A stretch of DNA of 64,000 nt from Patescibacteria group bacterium UBA3466 (GCA_002378195.1 DFRJ01000002.1:129054-193053), one strand, 5' to 3'; positions 1 to 9,929 are shown, numbered from the stretch's first letter. The notes: generated by a model not told the origin, from the letters alone. Translations and numbers: made by a program.

Positions 1-2
1 GA

Positions 3-227
3 GAACAATTACTGAAATTAGCCAAGAGCAAGCTGGAAGATGCTCGCATCACGGTGCGGAGTATTCGTGATGATGCTATGAAAGCGATCGATAAAGAGGA
101 GAAAGATGGTGACATCAGCGAAGATGAAAAATTCACCCAAAAAGAAGCTGTGCAAAAGCAAATCGACGGAGCGAACAAAGAGCTGGAAGAGTTATTTGCT
201 AGCAAAGAGAGCGAACTAAAACAATAA
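3..227 (+). CDS. frr: Ribosome recycling factor, C-terminal fragment (5' end outside window)
   Basis: Frame-3 translation runs open from the window edge to TAA at 225-227 and reads ...KLEDARITVRSIRDDAMKAIDKEEKDGDISEDEKF...ELEELFASKESELKQ. Charged helical C-terminus typical of RRF. Confidence 0.55.
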   Translation, partial: EQLLKLAKSKLEDARITVRSIRDDAMKAIDKEEKDGDISEDEKFTQKEAVQKQIDGANKELEELFASKESELKQ

Positions 228-231
228 GAAC

Positions 232-1350
232 ATGGCTGTCCTACTCTCTATTTTAGTTTCGGCTGCCATCTTCCTATTAGTTATTTTTTTCCTGGTGTTG
301 GTACATGAATGGGGTCACTTTATCGTAGCTAAAAAGACCGGTATGAGAGTGGATGAGTTTGCGATCGGCTTTCCGCCAAAGATTTTTGGTATCAAAAAAG
401 GGGAGACAGAATACACTTTTAACTGGCTCCCAATTGGTGGCTTCGTCCGTATTTTCGGGGAGAATGGAGAAGATAAGTTGACCGGAGCTGATCACAATGC
501 CGACTCACGATCCTTCAACTCAAGACCGCGGTGGGCCCAAGCACTAGTGCTAATTGCCGGAGTGGTGATGAATGTTATCACTGCTTGGTTCTTGTTTAGT
601 ATTGTCTTGATGATGGGTGTGCCGACTGAGGTAGAAGAGAGTCTGGCTACCGCCGAGGCGGACCTGTATGTAACTGGCGTTTTACCTGATAGTCCAGCTG
701 CTAGTTTGCCAGTGGGTTCAGTAATTACACAGGTGTCATCCGGAGATGTGACGATTAATGATCCGTTACCGAGTGAGTTTAGTAAAATCGTGGTGGAGGC
801 TGGAGCAGAGCCACTGACCATATCGTATGAGGTTGGTGGCGAAACTGCCAAAGTCGATCTGGTGGCTGAACAAGGTTTGATAGAAGATGAGCCCGACCGA
901 TTCGCGATTGGCGTGGCCTATGCTCTAGTGGAAATGGAATCTTTGCCGGTTCATCAGGCTGTTGTTGGTGCTATCGGGGTGACTTATGATCGATTGGGTG
1001 AAGTAGTGGTTGGTTTTGGATCTTTGGTGAGTGACATGTTTGTGGGGGAGGCTGATTTATCAAATGTCGCAGGTCCAATCGGTATCGGAGCGATGGTGGA
1101 TGATGTTGCCTCACTTGGTCTAGCTAGTTTACTAACTTTCACTGCCATTATCTCTCTCAATCTAGCAGTGATTAATTTACTGCCATTTCCAGCGCTCGAC
1201 GGTGGTCGATTGTTGTTTGTATTGATTGAAGCGATTACCAGACGAGATATTCCACCCGTCTGGGCTGGTCGACTTAATTTGATCGGATTTGCATTATTAA
1301 TGGTATTAATGATAGTGGTAACAGTAAATGATATCTTAAGGCTTACTTAA
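232..1350 (+). CDS. rseP: RseP-like M50 site-2 zinc metalloprotease with PDZ domain
   Basis: HEWGH (HExxH) motif near the N-terminal TM helix; central PDZ-like segment; NLLPFPALDGG (LDG motif); multiple TM segments. Confidence 0.85.
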   Translation: MAVLLSILVSAAIFLLVIFFLVLVHEWGHFIVAKKTGMRVDEFAIGFPPKIFGIKKGETEYTFNWLPIGGFVRIFGENGEDKLTGADHNADSRSFNSRPRWAQALVLIAGVVMNVITAWFLFSIVLMMGVPTEVEESLATAEADLYVTGVLPDSPAASLPVGSVITQVSSGDVTINDPLPSEFSKIVVEAGAEPLTISYEVGGETAKVDLVAEQGLIEDEPDRFAIGVAYALVEMESLPVHQAVVGAIGVTYDRLGEVVVGFGSLVSDMFVGEADLSNVAGPIGIGAMVDDVASLGLASLLTFTAIISLNLAVINLLPFPALDGGRLLFVLIEAITRRDIPPVWAGRLNLIGFALLMVLMIVVTVNDILRLT

Positions 1351-1358
1351 ACTAATTT

Positions 1359-2609
1359 ATGCGACAAACAAAACTTTTCACCAAAACTCAAAAAGAAGCC
1401 CCTTCAGATGAAGAGGCGTTGAATGCGCAGCTTCTTATTCGAGCTGGCTATATTCATAAGGAAATGGCAGGTGTGTATCAATTGCTCCCACTTGGTTTGA
1501 TGGTGGTGCAGAAAATCAAGCAAATTGTAAGAGAGGAGATGAGTGATCTTGGTACTAACGAAATGCTGGCCACTAGTTTGCAACCTAAGGAATTGTGGCA
1601 ACGTACTGATCGTTGGGATGATGAGAAGGTTGATGTTTGGTTTAAGTCAGCACTGCAAGCTGGAGGTGAGGTTGGCTTTGGGTGGAGTCACGAAGAGCCG
1701 CTCGCCAACATGATGAAAAATCATATTTCAAGTTATAAAGATCTACCGCTTGGTATCTATCAATTCCAAAATAAGTTGCGTAATGAAGTGCGGGCCAAGA
1801 GCGGCATGATGCGTGGGCGTGAGTTTATTATGAAAGACGCTTACTCATTTGCCGCCACTGAAGAACAGCATGAAGACTTCTATACTCGCAGCCAAACCGC
1901 TTACATGAATGTATTTAAGCGCCTGGGAATTGGCGACGACACTTACATGACCTACGCAGCTGGCGGCGCTTTTACTGAGTTTTCTCATGAGTTCCAAACT
2001 GTCTGCGAAGCCGGTGAAGACGTGACGTATATTAACAAAGAAAAGGGTGTGGCCATCAACGAAGAGGTGGTAGATACGGCGGACCTTGAAGCGCTTGGAG
2101 TGACCAAGGATGAACTAGTGGCTACTAAGACTGCTGAGGTGGGAAATATCTTTAACTTTGGGCGCAGTAAAGCGGAAGAAGTCGGGTTATTTTTCAAAGA
2201 TGAAAATGGTGAGAGAACGCCGGTGTGGATGGGTTCATACGGTATTGGTATTACGCGGCTAATGGGAGTGTTGGTAGAAAAGATGGCGGATGAAAAGGGG
2301 ATTGTCTGGCCAGAGAGTGTGGCCCCATATAAAGTGCACTTGGTGGCTTTGAATACCGATGATCAAGAAATTTCTGACTGGGCTGACGGAGTGTATTCTA
2401 GTCTTAAAGACCAAGGTATTACAGTTTTGTATGACGACCGCGATGCACGTCCGGGTGAAAAATTTGCTGATAGTGATCTGCTTGGCTTGCCGTACCGAGT
2501 GGTGGTAAGTAAGAAAGGGAAGGAAGCGGGCACCTTTGAGGTGGTCACTAGAGCTACTGGAGAAGTGCGTAATCTGACCGAAGAAGAACTGTACGCAGAT
2601 TTCTCTTAA
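1359..2609 (+). CDS. proS: Prolyl-tRNA synthetase (class II)
   Basis: Class II aaRS motif 2 (FRNEVRAKSGMMRGREFIMKD); anticodon-binding C-terminal region; ProRS-like overall architecture. Confidence 0.8.
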   Translation: MRQTKLFTKTQKEAPSDEEALNAQLLIRAGYIHKEMAGVYQLLPLGLMVVQKIKQIVREEMSDLGTNEMLATSLQPKELWQRTDRWDDEKVDVWFKSALQAGGEVGFGWSHEEPLANMMKNHISSYKDLPLGIYQFQNKLRNEVRAKSGMMRGREFIMKDAYSFAATEEQHEDFYTRSQTAYMNVFKRLGIGDDTYMTYAAGGAFTEFSHEFQTVCEAGEDVTYINKEKGVAINEEVVDTADLEALGVTKDELVATKTAEVGNIFNFGRSKAEEVGLFFKDENGERTPVWMGSYGIGITRLMGVLVEKMADEKGIVWPESVAPYKVHLVALNTDDQEISDWADGVYSSLKDQGITVLYDDRDARPGEKFADSDLLGLPYRVVVSKKGKEAGTFEVVTRATGEVRNLTEEELYADFS

Positions 2610-2614
2610 TAGTT

Positions 2615-2655
2615 GAAAAAGCCGGTGAAGCAAAGCTTCACCGGCTTTTTTGTTA
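2615..2655 (+). terminator. Rho-independent terminator after proS
   Basis: 11-bp stem GCCGGTGAAGC/GCTTCACCGGC with loop AAA, followed by TTTTTTGTTAT. Confidence 0.7.
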
Positions 2656-2699
2656 TGTTACGTGAATTTATATACGGTGAGGAGCTAGTGTCTTAGAGG

Positions 2700-2728
2700 T
2701 TGACAAAACATCTTAAATATTTAGTATT
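2700..2728 (+). promoter_or_regulatory. Sigma70-like promoter
   Basis: TTGACA, 16-17-nt spacer, then TAGTAT/AGTATT upstream of the 2757-3527 gene; AGGAGG RBS at ~2767. Confidence 0.5.
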
Positions 2729-2756
2729 CTAGGTCAGTGTTCTTTAATATGTATAT

Positions 2757-3527
2757 TTGCCAAACAAGGAGGCAATAATGGTTGATTATCACTCTGAAGA
2801 GCTGTGGAATAATAAAAAAGGAGAGTTTGAACTTAATCCTAATTACATCCCTGGTTGCAACAGGACGAGATTAGTGCAAAGACTTAAGCGTCCGCGAGCT
2901 TCTGGCATGTTCTCATTTGGAGGAGCTGGTTATATCAACGGTGGTTTTACCGACGAAGGCTGGAAAATAGTGAAAGAACTGTGTTCATTTGCGTATATGG
3001 GCAGCGCAGAATTTGAGTTTGGAGCAGTACCTGAGGCATTCGAAAAAATGTCTGGAAACTATGACCAGCTTGAAGGGTATGTTGTTGATATCATCGGCAA
3101 CCCTTATTTTCCCTTTGGGTTTAGAAATAAAATCGGAGCGCTTGATTACCAGGTTAAGGAAGATTTATCTGAGCGTCACGTGCTCGAAGGGTCAGTCTTT
3201 GTGATAGCGCCTAGTGCTCTTCATGCGCATGTATGTGAGACTATTAAGACTCTTGCTCTTGATGAATATGCCTCACTTAAAGAGAACTCAGAATTGCAGC
3301 AAGTATTTTTCATTAACCCTCAATGGGAAGAGGCGTGTGTAAGTAGCGACACCTGTGGCTGGCTCGAGCTCGACAACGGCTTCATGTTCTTTAAAGATAG
3401 AGGGATGTGGCAAAATTTTTGCCAGTTGTTTGAGGTGGATATCTCAATGATTCCTGATGATGTAAAAGAGGTCGATTTCAGTGCGGTTGATGCTGAGATC
3501 CAGACACTGCTTGGACAAGCTGGATAA
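2757..3527 (+). CDS. Hypothetical protein (likely true start ATG ~2778 after the AGGAGG RBS)
   Basis: Long ORF with strong RBS and its own promoter; no recognisable motif. Flanked by two near-identical terminators. Confidence 0.6.
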   Translation: MPNKEAIMVDYHSEELWNNKKGEFELNPNYIPGCNRTRLVQRLKRPRASGMFSFGGAGYINGGFTDEGWKIVKELCSFAYMGSAEFEFGAVPEAFEKMSGNYDQLEGYVVDIIGNPYFPFGFRNKIGALDYQVKEDLSERHVLEGSVFVIAPSALHAHVCETIKTLALDEYASLKENSELQQVFFINPQWEEACVSSDTCGWLELDNGFMFFKDRGMWQNFCQLFEVDISMIPDDVKEVDFSAVDAEIQTLLGQAG

Positions 3528-3537
3528 CTAGGAGTGT

Positions 3538-3575
3538 CCGCCGGTGAAGCTTCGCTTCACCGGCTTTTTTGTTAT
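3538..3575 (+). terminator. Rho-independent terminator (near-copy of the proS terminator)
   Basis: Same 11-bp stem GCCGGTGAAGC/GCTTCACCGGC, loop TTC, same TTTTTTGTTAT tail. Confidence 0.7.
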
Positions 3576-3605
3576 TCCGGTCTATTCATAGTAAAATACC
3601 CCTAA

Positions 3606-4676
3606 ATGAACGTATTTTCGCGACAATTAAGCGCGCTACTTTCAGCTGTATCAACTGATATGGCTATTGATCTGGGTACTGCCAACACACTGGTGTATGT
3701 GAAAGGAAAGGGGATTGTGCTCAACGAGCCGACCATCGTGGCGATTAATAAAAAAACTGGTCAGTTGGTGGCGGTAGGAAATGAAGCAAAAGCAATGCAG
3801 GGGCGTACTCCTGGCCATATTGATGTGGTACGACCATTGGTGGATGGAGTGATTTCTGACTTTGAAGTAGCTGAAGAAATGCTTGCGTATCTCATTGGAA
3901 AAGTTCGAAATGAAATGAAGACATTTATTGCTCCACGTATGTTGATCGGGGTTCCGTCTGGTATTACCAACGTAGAAATGCGAGCGGCTCAAGATGCCGC
4001 CAAGAATGCTGGAGCTCGAGATGTATTTTTAATTGAAGAACCGATGGCCGCTGCCATCGGGGCCAAGTTACCGATCAGAAAAGCGGTGGGTAGCATGATT
4101 ATTGATATTGGCGGTGGTACCACAGATATTGCGGTCATTTCATTAAATGGATTGGTGGTGTCAAAAAATCTGAAAATTGCTGGTGATCACCTTAACGCTT
4201 CGATAGTGTCATACATCAGAGATCAATTTAAGGTTTATGTGGGTGAGAAAACAGCTGAGGATGCCAAGATTGCATTGGCTTCTATTTCACAGTCTGAGGC
4301 CGGAAAAGAGCTGGTGGCACGTGGTCGTGATGTGGTGACAGGTCTGCCACGTGAAGTGGTGATTACTGACACTGATGTACGCGATGCGGTCGCGGGGCAG
4401 GTCGATTCGATTGTTGAAAATGTTCGAAATGTACTAGAAATCACTCCACCTGAAGTGTTGTCAGATATTATGCAAAGGGGCATTCATTTGTCTGGTGGCG
4501 GAGCTTTGATTCCCGGCTTGGCACCCTTGCTTGAGCATGCTCTTGAGGTGCCGGTCGTGGTGGTGCCCGACCCGCTACGAGCAGTGATACGAGGAGCGGG
4601 ATTAGTGATAGAAAATCTTGAGGAGTATAAAGAAATTCTAATTGATCATGAAGACGCAATCGCGACTCAGTTCTAA
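3606..4676 (+). CDS. mreB: Rod-shape determining actin homologue MreB
   Basis: IDLGTANTLVYV phosphate-1 motif; DIGGGTTD phosphate-2; actin/Hsp70 fold signature throughout. Confidence 0.9.
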   Translation: MNVFSRQLSALLSAVSTDMAIDLGTANTLVYVKGKGIVLNEPTIVAINKKTGQLVAVGNEAKAMQGRTPGHIDVVRPLVDGVISDFEVAEEMLAYLIGKVRNEMKTFIAPRMLIGVPSGITNVEMRAAQDAAKNAGARDVFLIEEPMAAAIGAKLPIRKAVGSMIIDIGGGTTDIAVISLNGLVVSKNLKIAGDHLNASIVSYIRDQFKVYVGEKTAEDAKIALASISQSEAGKELVARGRDVVTGLPREVVITDTDVRDAVAGQVDSIVENVRNVLEITPPEVLSDIMQRGIHLSGGGALIPGLAPLLEHALEVPVVVVPDPLRAVIRGAGLVIENLEEYKEILIDHEDAIATQF

Positions 4677-5556
4677 AAAGAAGCCACACTTAAAAGTAAT
4701 TTTGATTGCTCTTCTGGTGGTTGGTTTAGGCATGTTGCTGCCCAAAGTGGTTTCTGTAACGGCCGCTATAGTTACTTACCCTGCTCACGCTATAAATAAT
4801 TGGATAAATGATTCCTCGAGTTTAGTTCCATCATTTATCAGGGATCGACGTGATTTAGAGAATCAAATTACAGAGTTGGAAAATCAATTGGTAGTTGCGG
4901 CTAGTCTCGACGTTACACAGCGTCGTTTGATTGAAGAGAATACGCGATTGCGACAACTGCTCGGAAAAGAGGATGAGGAAAGAACTTTGGCGGCAGTGAT
5001 CGCTCGCCCATCTGAATTGCCGTTTGATTTATTGCAGATTGACCGAGGAAGTAATCAAGGAATTGAGGTGGGGGCACCAGTGTTTGTGGGCAAGGATACG
5101 GTGCTGGGTTTGGTGGTTTATACTGCACCTGAGTACGCTTTTGTCGAATTGATCACCACACCAGGTTTTGAAGCCACGGCTTTTATATCGGGGCCGAATG
5201 TAGCGGTTGGACTTGAAGGAGTTGGTGGCGGTGTGGCGCGAGTGCGGGTACCGCAGGGGATACCTTTGACTACCGGTCAGCTGGTTTATCTGCCAAGTGT
5301 TGAGCCCGGTCTGTTTGGTCGAATTTCTTACGTTGAGAATGAACCTACTCAGCCCGAGCAGTATGGTTATGTGACTCCAGACGTGCCGTTGTCGGGTCTG
5401 TATCGGGTAGGGGTAGGTAAGCTGTCTCAGATATCCGAGTCGCCAGAGCAAATTGATGTAAACATTCTTGAATTGATGAAGAGTAAGTTGAAAGTCGATA
5501 ACGTAACAGTCGGCACAGTCGGTACTACCAGCAGTTCAACAATCGAGGAAATATAA
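4642..5556 (+). CDS. mreC: Rod-shape determining protein MreC
   Basis: N-terminal TM, coiled-coil, then beta-rich C-terminal domain; sits directly after mreB. Confidence 0.7.
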   Translation: MIMKTQSRLSSKKKPHLKVILIALLVVGLGMLLPKVVSVTAAIVTYPAHAINNWINDSSSLVPSFIRDRRDLENQITELENQLVVAASLDVTQRRLIEENTRLRQLLGKEDEERTLAAVIARPSELPFDLLQIDRGSNQGIEVGAPVFVGKDTVLGLVVYTAPEYAFVELITTPGFEATAFISGPNVAVGLEGVGGGVARVRVPQGIPLTTGQLVYLPSVEPGLFGRISYVENEPTQPEQYGYVTPDVPLSGLYRVGVGKLSQISESPEQIDVNILELMKSKLKVDNVTVGTVGTTSSSTIEEI

Positions 5557-5558
5557 TT

Positions 5559-5813
5559 ATGAAGAAACCACTTATACTGCTACTTATCACTTTATCTATC
5601 ATGCAAAATTGGCTATTTTTCGCCTTTGTCTTGGTTGCCTTCTATAGTTACCGATACGGATCCGGAATACTAATTCCAGTGGCTATCTTGTTGGATGGTT
5701 ACTACGGTAATTATTATCATGTTCCTTATCTCAGTCTGATGGCGATTGTTTGGTATGGCTTTGTTTCTTTTGCTTGTTCGAAAGTGCTGTCTTTAAGATC
5801 GATCACACCATGA
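5559..5813 (+). CDS. mreD: Small polytopic membrane protein, likely MreD
   Basis: Hydrophobic 84-aa ORF between mreC and PBP2, the canonical mreD position. Confidence 0.45.
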   Translation: MKKPLILLLITLSIMQNWLFFAFVLVAFYSYRYGSGILIPVAILLDGYYGNYYHVPYLSLMAIVWYGFVSFACSKVLSLRSITP

Positions 5814-7501
5814 GTAAATTGAGAAATCGATACACTAATCAGGTGGATGTGGAAGAGGTCTTGCTCGATGCCTCTAATATTCCGGAGTTTAATCGTGCCA
5901 GACTCGAAGGTAAGCGAGAGAGACCGATCACCAAGCGTAGTGTCTACACCATCGGAGTGCTATTTGTGGTGGTGGCCATATCCTTCATGGGGAAGATTTT
6001 TGAGCTACAAATAGTCAAGGGAGAAGAGTATCGCACTATAGCGGAAAGGAATAGTGTAGATCAGGCTCTAATTATCGCTGAAAGAGGGGTGGTATATGAC
6101 GCTAGAGGCGAAATGTTAGCCTGGAACGAAGTGGATGATACGGGCGAATATGATTTTCCGATCCGTGCCTACACCGACCGCCTAGGTCTAGGGCAGGTGT
6201 TGGGTTATGTAAGTTATCCCAAAAAAGATGGTCGCGGTTTCTTTTTCCGTACCGATTACTTGGGTCGCAGTGGAGTAGAACTAGCATTTGACGACGACCT
6301 GAAAGGAGTGAATGGGAGAAAGATTGTAGAAGTGGATGCGCTAAATGGGGTAATTAGTGAATATGCCGTCGAGTCACCGATAGAAGGCGGGGCAATCGAG
6401 TTGTCGATTGATGCTGAGTTGTCTGAGGTGATGTACGAAATTATCGCTACGTCGACCGCGCAGGCTAGTTTTCGAAGTGGAGCCGGTGCAATTATGAATA
6501 TCCATACCGGTGAAATCATCGCTCTCACCAGCTTTCCATCCTTTGATCCTGAGGTGATGGCTGACGGTGATGATATAGAGCTGATTCAGCAGTATAACGA
6601 AGATGATCGCTTTCCGTTCTTGAACAAAGTGGTGGGGGGAGCTTATACACCTGGTTCGATTGTGAAACCATTTGTAGCTTACGCAGCGCTTGAAGAGGAA
6701 ATCATTTCTCCTGATAAGACAATAGTCAGTACTGGTGAGATCGTGATCCCAAATCCGTACAACCCTGGCAACCCGTCGATATTTAGAGACTGGCGAGCTC
6801 ATGGCAAGATGACTATGCGAGAAGCAATTGCCTTCTCATCCAACGTTTATTTTTATATTGTCGGCGGTGGATTTGATGGTCAGGAGGGGATTGGTATCAC
6901 CAAAATGGCTGAAAATTACCGGCGTTTTGGTATGGGTGAACTGACGGGTATTAATATTGCTGAGGAGCAAGCTGGGGTGGTGCCTGATCCAGATTGGAAG
7001 CGGGAGGTGTTCGATGATGATTGGCGTCTGGGAGACACTTACTTTACTGCTATTGGGCAGTTTGGTTTCTTGACCACCCCGATACAAATGCTGCGTGCTT
7101 ATGCAGCGATGTCGAATGGTGGTTACTTGGTTGAGCCGCATGTAATTGCCGGGCGTCAGGGCGAAAAAGAAGATATCAATATTGATGCGGCAAAAATGCA
7201 GATTGTCCATGAGGGCATGAGGAAGACGGTTAATTATCCAGGAGGGACAGCCCGTGCTTTAGAACGTAATGATGTCGCAATTGCCGCTAAATCAGGAACT
7301 GCTGAAGTGGGAGCCGGAAACGCCTTTGTAAACTCTTGGGCGGCTGGTTTTTGGCCTTATGAGGAGCCTGAGTATGCTTTTATACTAATGATGGATCGAG
7401 CACCTCGGTCTAATGCGCTTGGTGCCACGAGAATTATGGGTGATGTGGTGGAGTGGATGAGTGAGAACCGCCCTGAGTATCTTGGTATTGAAGAGATATA
7501 A
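5750..7501 (+). CDS. mrdA: Penicillin-binding protein 2 (elongasome transpeptidase); likely start ~5810 (MSKLRN...)
   Basis: N-terminal TM plus PBP dimerisation domain; transpeptidase motifs (SxxK region, SxN, KSGT: AAKSGTAEV). Confidence 0.85.
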   Translation: MVWLCFFCLFESAVFKIDHTMSKLRNRYTNQVDVEEVLLDASNIPEFNRARLEGKRERPITKRSVYTIGVLFVVVAISFMGKIFELQIVKGEEYRTIAERNSVDQALIIAERGVVYDARGEMLAWNEVDDTGEYDFPIRAYTDRLGLGQVLGYVSYPKKDGRGFFFRTDYLGRSGVELAFDDDLKGVNGRKIVEVDALNGVISEYAVESPIEGGAIELSIDAELSEVMYEIIATSTAQASFRSGAGAIMNIHTGEIIALTSFPSFDPEVMADGDDIELIQQYNEDDRFPFLNKVVGGAYTPGSIVKPFVAYAALEEEIISPDKTIVSTGEIVIPNPYNPGNPSIFRDWRAHGKMTMREAIAFSSNVYFYIVGGGFDGQEGIGITKMAENYRRFGMGELTGINIAEEQAGVVPDPDWKREVFDDDWRLGDTYFTAIGQFGFLTTPIQMLRAYAAMSNGGYLVEPHVIAGRQGEKEDINIDAAKMQIVHEGMRKTVNYPGGTARALERNDVAIAAKSGTAEVGAGNAFVNSWAAGFWPYEEPEYAFILMMDRAPRSNALGATRIMGDVVEWMSENRPEYLGIEEI

Positions 7502-7512
7502 ATTGAGTAAAT

Positions 7513-7848
7513 ATGAAATTACATAACAAACGAGCAAAAAAACCAGGCATGAATACCTGGGGCGAATTAAAAGGAATGGATATTAGGATTAATTTTGGTG
7601 TGATAGATAAAGGAGATTCGTTTCCAGAGGAGGCATTGCACTATCACAAAAGCCGAAATACATATTTTTGTGTAATTACCGGAAGTTTGCAAATTGAAGT
7701 TGAAGGACAAATCATAGAGGTTACAAATGAAGCTATGCTACAGGTTTTTCCGAATGAGAAGTATCGAGTCGTGTCAGTAGGTGACGATGGTGCCACGTAT
7801 GTGGTGGTCGGAGATCACGCTGAAGCTGATAAAGTAACGCTAGATTAG
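7513..7848 (+). CDS. Cupin-domain small protein
   Basis: Short beta-barrel-like sequence with His residues (HYHKSRNTYFCVITGSLQIEVEG), cupin motif style. Confidence 0.5.
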   Translation: MKLHNKRAKKPGMNTWGELKGMDIRINFGVIDKGDSFPEEALHYHKSRNTYFCVITGSLQIEVEGQIIEVTNEAMLQVFPNEKYRVVSVGDDGATYVVVGDHAEADKVTLD

Positions 7849-7902
7849 TCCTCATTTGACCGCGCCACTTACATAAGTATAATTGAAGGAAATTTTTAAC
7901 AT

Positions 7903-8373
7903 ATGAATGATACACAAGCTTTCCTAACTCCCGAAAAGTTCGACGAACTGAAAAAGGAACTGGACCAACTGAAGACAGTAAGAAGAAAAGAAGTTGCTGA
8001 ATCGCTAGAATACGCTCGTAGCCTGGGAGATCTCTCAGAAAACGCTGAGTACCAAGAAGCTCGCGATATGCAAGCTGCTATCGAGGAGCGAATCGGTTAC
8101 CTAGAAAAGACCATTAAAGAAGCCAAGATTGTCTCACACGACAAGCATGGTGACGTAGTTGGATTGGGGTCAATTGTCACTATTCAGAAAGATAAAGACA
8201 AGGATAAGAAAGAATACACTATTGTCGGTTCTGATGAAGCAAACATTCATGATCGAAAGCTTTCATACCTTTCACCGCTCGGTGAAGCGTTGATGGGGAA
8301 GAAGAAGGGTGACGAGTTTGAGTTTGAGACTCCAGCTGGGAAGCAGAAATACAAGGTGATGAAAGTAGCGTAA
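7903..8373 (+). CDS. greA: Transcription elongation factor GreA (carries a KDKDKDKK insertion)
   Basis: N-terminal coiled coil with conserved acidic tip (LSENAEYQEARD); C-terminal FKBP-like domain. Confidence 0.85.
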   Translation: MNDTQAFLTPEKFDELKKELDQLKTVRRKEVAESLEYARSLGDLSENAEYQEARDMQAAIEERIGYLEKTIKEAKIVSHDKHGDVVGLGSIVTIQKDKDKDKKEYTIVGSDEANIHDRKLSYLSPLGEALMGKKKGDEFEFETPAGKQKYKVMKVA

Positions 8374-8381
8374 TAAAAAGA

Positions 8382-8418
8382 AAAGGCCGGCTCCTACGGA
8401 GCCGGCCTTTTCTTTTTG
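8382..8418 (+). terminator. Rho-independent terminator after greA
   Basis: AAAAGGCCGGCTCC-tacg-GAGCCGGCCTTTTCTTTTT. Confidence 0.7.
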
Positions 8419-8443
8419 CCTGTATCACGCTAGGATATCAAGC

Positions 8444-9898
8444 ATGTCAAACATAGAAGACCTCCGAGGAGATAGAGAACAAAAGATCAATAAGCTGCGT
8501 GAAGCAGGGATAAACCCGTACCCCAGCGCTACCAACCGAACACATACAGTGGCTGATGTGATCGGAGATTTTGAAGCACTAGAATCTAGTCAGGAAGTAG
8601 TTACCATCACCGGGCGCATGATGGCTTTTCGTGAGCACGGCGCGATTGCTTTTGTTGATATTCAAGATGGAACCGGCAAGATTCAAGGCTTCTGTTCAAA
8701 GGAAGAGATGGGAGAAGACAACTTCGACTCTCTTCTTGGATTTATGAGTACTGCCGATTTTATTGAAGTGAAGGGGGTGGCGTATGTCACAAAGCGAGGC
8801 ACTCAAGCAGTGTTGGTTAAAGAGTGGCGCCCACTTGCCAAAGCGCTGCAAAATATCCCAACTGAGCACTTTGGTATCAAGGATGAAGATGAGCGTCTTA
8901 GAAAGCGCTACCTCGACCTGCTCTTAAGTGAGGAGCAGCGTGATCTTTTTGTGAAGAAAGCCAAGTTCTGGGATGTGACCAGAAGCTTCATGAAAGAGCA
9001 TGGTTTCCTAGAGGTCGAGACACCATTTATTGAAACCACTACCGGTGGAGCTGAAGCGCGTCCGTTTGCTACACATCACAACGATTTTGATCTCGATGTC
9101 TTCATGCGTATCTCAGTGGGAGAACTGTGGCAGAAACGCCTGATGGCCGGAGGCTTCGATAAGACCTTTGAGGTGGGGAAAGCGTTTCGAAATGAAGGAT
9201 CGAGCCCAGAGCACTTGCAAGAGTTTACCAATATGGAGTTCTACTGGGCCTACGCCAACTACGAAGATGGTATGAGGCTGGTGCGCGATCTTTATATCAG
9301 AATTGCTCAGGAAGTGTTTGGAACTACAAAATTTAACGTACGTGATCACGAGTTTGATCTAGCGGGTGAGTGGCAGCTGATTGATTATGTGGAAGAGGTT
9401 GAGAACAAGACCGGCGTCAATGTGATTACTGCGTCAGAAGATGAAATGAAAGCGAAGCTGGAAGAACTGGGTGTACAGTACGAGGGTGACAACAAGGAAC
9501 GACTCACTGACACTTTGTGGAAGTACTGTCGGAAGCAAATTTCTGGCCCGGCCTTTCTGGTCCACCATCCAAAGTTAGTAGCGCCACTGGCGAAGGTGCG
9601 AGAGGATGGGGTGACGGTAGAGCGCTTCCAGCCAATCATTGCCGGTAGCGAAGTGGGTAATGGCTACAGCGAGCTGAATGACCCAGTCGATCAGCGAGAA
9701 CGCTTTGAATTACAGCAAAAACTAATTGAATCAGGAGATGAAGAAGCTATGATGCCCGACTGGGAGTTTGTCGAAATGCTTGAGCACGGAATGCCGCCAA
9801 CTTGTGGCTTTGGCTTCGGTGAGCGACTCTTCTCATTTTTAGCGGGGCTACCAATCAGAGAGACTCAACTTTTCCCACTAGTAAAGCCAAAAGACTAG
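8444..9898 (+). CDS. lysS: Lysyl-tRNA synthetase, class II
   Basis: N-terminal OB anticodon-binding domain; class II motifs (FRNEG, GGAEARPF, GFGFGERL). Confidence 0.9.
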   Translation: MSNIEDLRGDREQKINKLREAGINPYPSATNRTHTVADVIGDFEALESSQEVVTITGRMMAFREHGAIAFVDIQDGTGKIQGFCSKEEMGEDNFDSLLGFMSTADFIEVKGVAYVTKRGTQAVLVKEWRPLAKALQNIPTEHFGIKDEDERLRKRYLDLLLSEEQRDLFVKKAKFWDVTRSFMKEHGFLEVETPFIETTTGGAEARPFATHHNDFDLDVFMRISVGELWQKRLMAGGFDKTFEVGKAFRNEGSSPEHLQEFTNMEFYWAYANYEDGMRLVRDLYIRIAQEVFGTTKFNVRDHEFDLAGEWQLIDYVEEVENKTGVNVITASEDEMKAKLEELGVQYEGDNKERLTDTLWKYCRKQISGPAFLVHHPKLVAPLAKVREDGVTVERFQPIIAGSEVGNGYSELNDPVDQRERFELQQKLIESGDEEAMMPDWEFVEMLEHGMPPTCGFGFGERLFSFLAGLPIRETQLFPLVKPKD

Positions 9899-9901
9899 AG
9901 T

Positions 9902-9929
9902 TTGACAAAACAATTTTTGTACGTATAAT
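9902..9929 (+). promoter_or_regulatory. Near-consensus sigma70 promoter
   Basis: TTGACA-16 nt-TATAAT, then GGAGGT RBS and ATG at 9962. Confidence 0.6.

Noticed and set aside
492-851. Antisense ORFs inside rseP and many similar internal ORFs in the track (e.g. 6374-6802 -, 14742-15278 -, 34447-34893 -, 36434-36847 -)
   Set aside because: They lie wholly inside strongly supported genes on the opposite strand, have low-complexity compositions, and lack RBS signals. These are shadow ORFs.
7903-8373. KDKDKDKK insertion in GreA as a distinct feature
   Set aside because: Short low-complexity insert in a loop-like region, probably neutral; noted in the feature call only.
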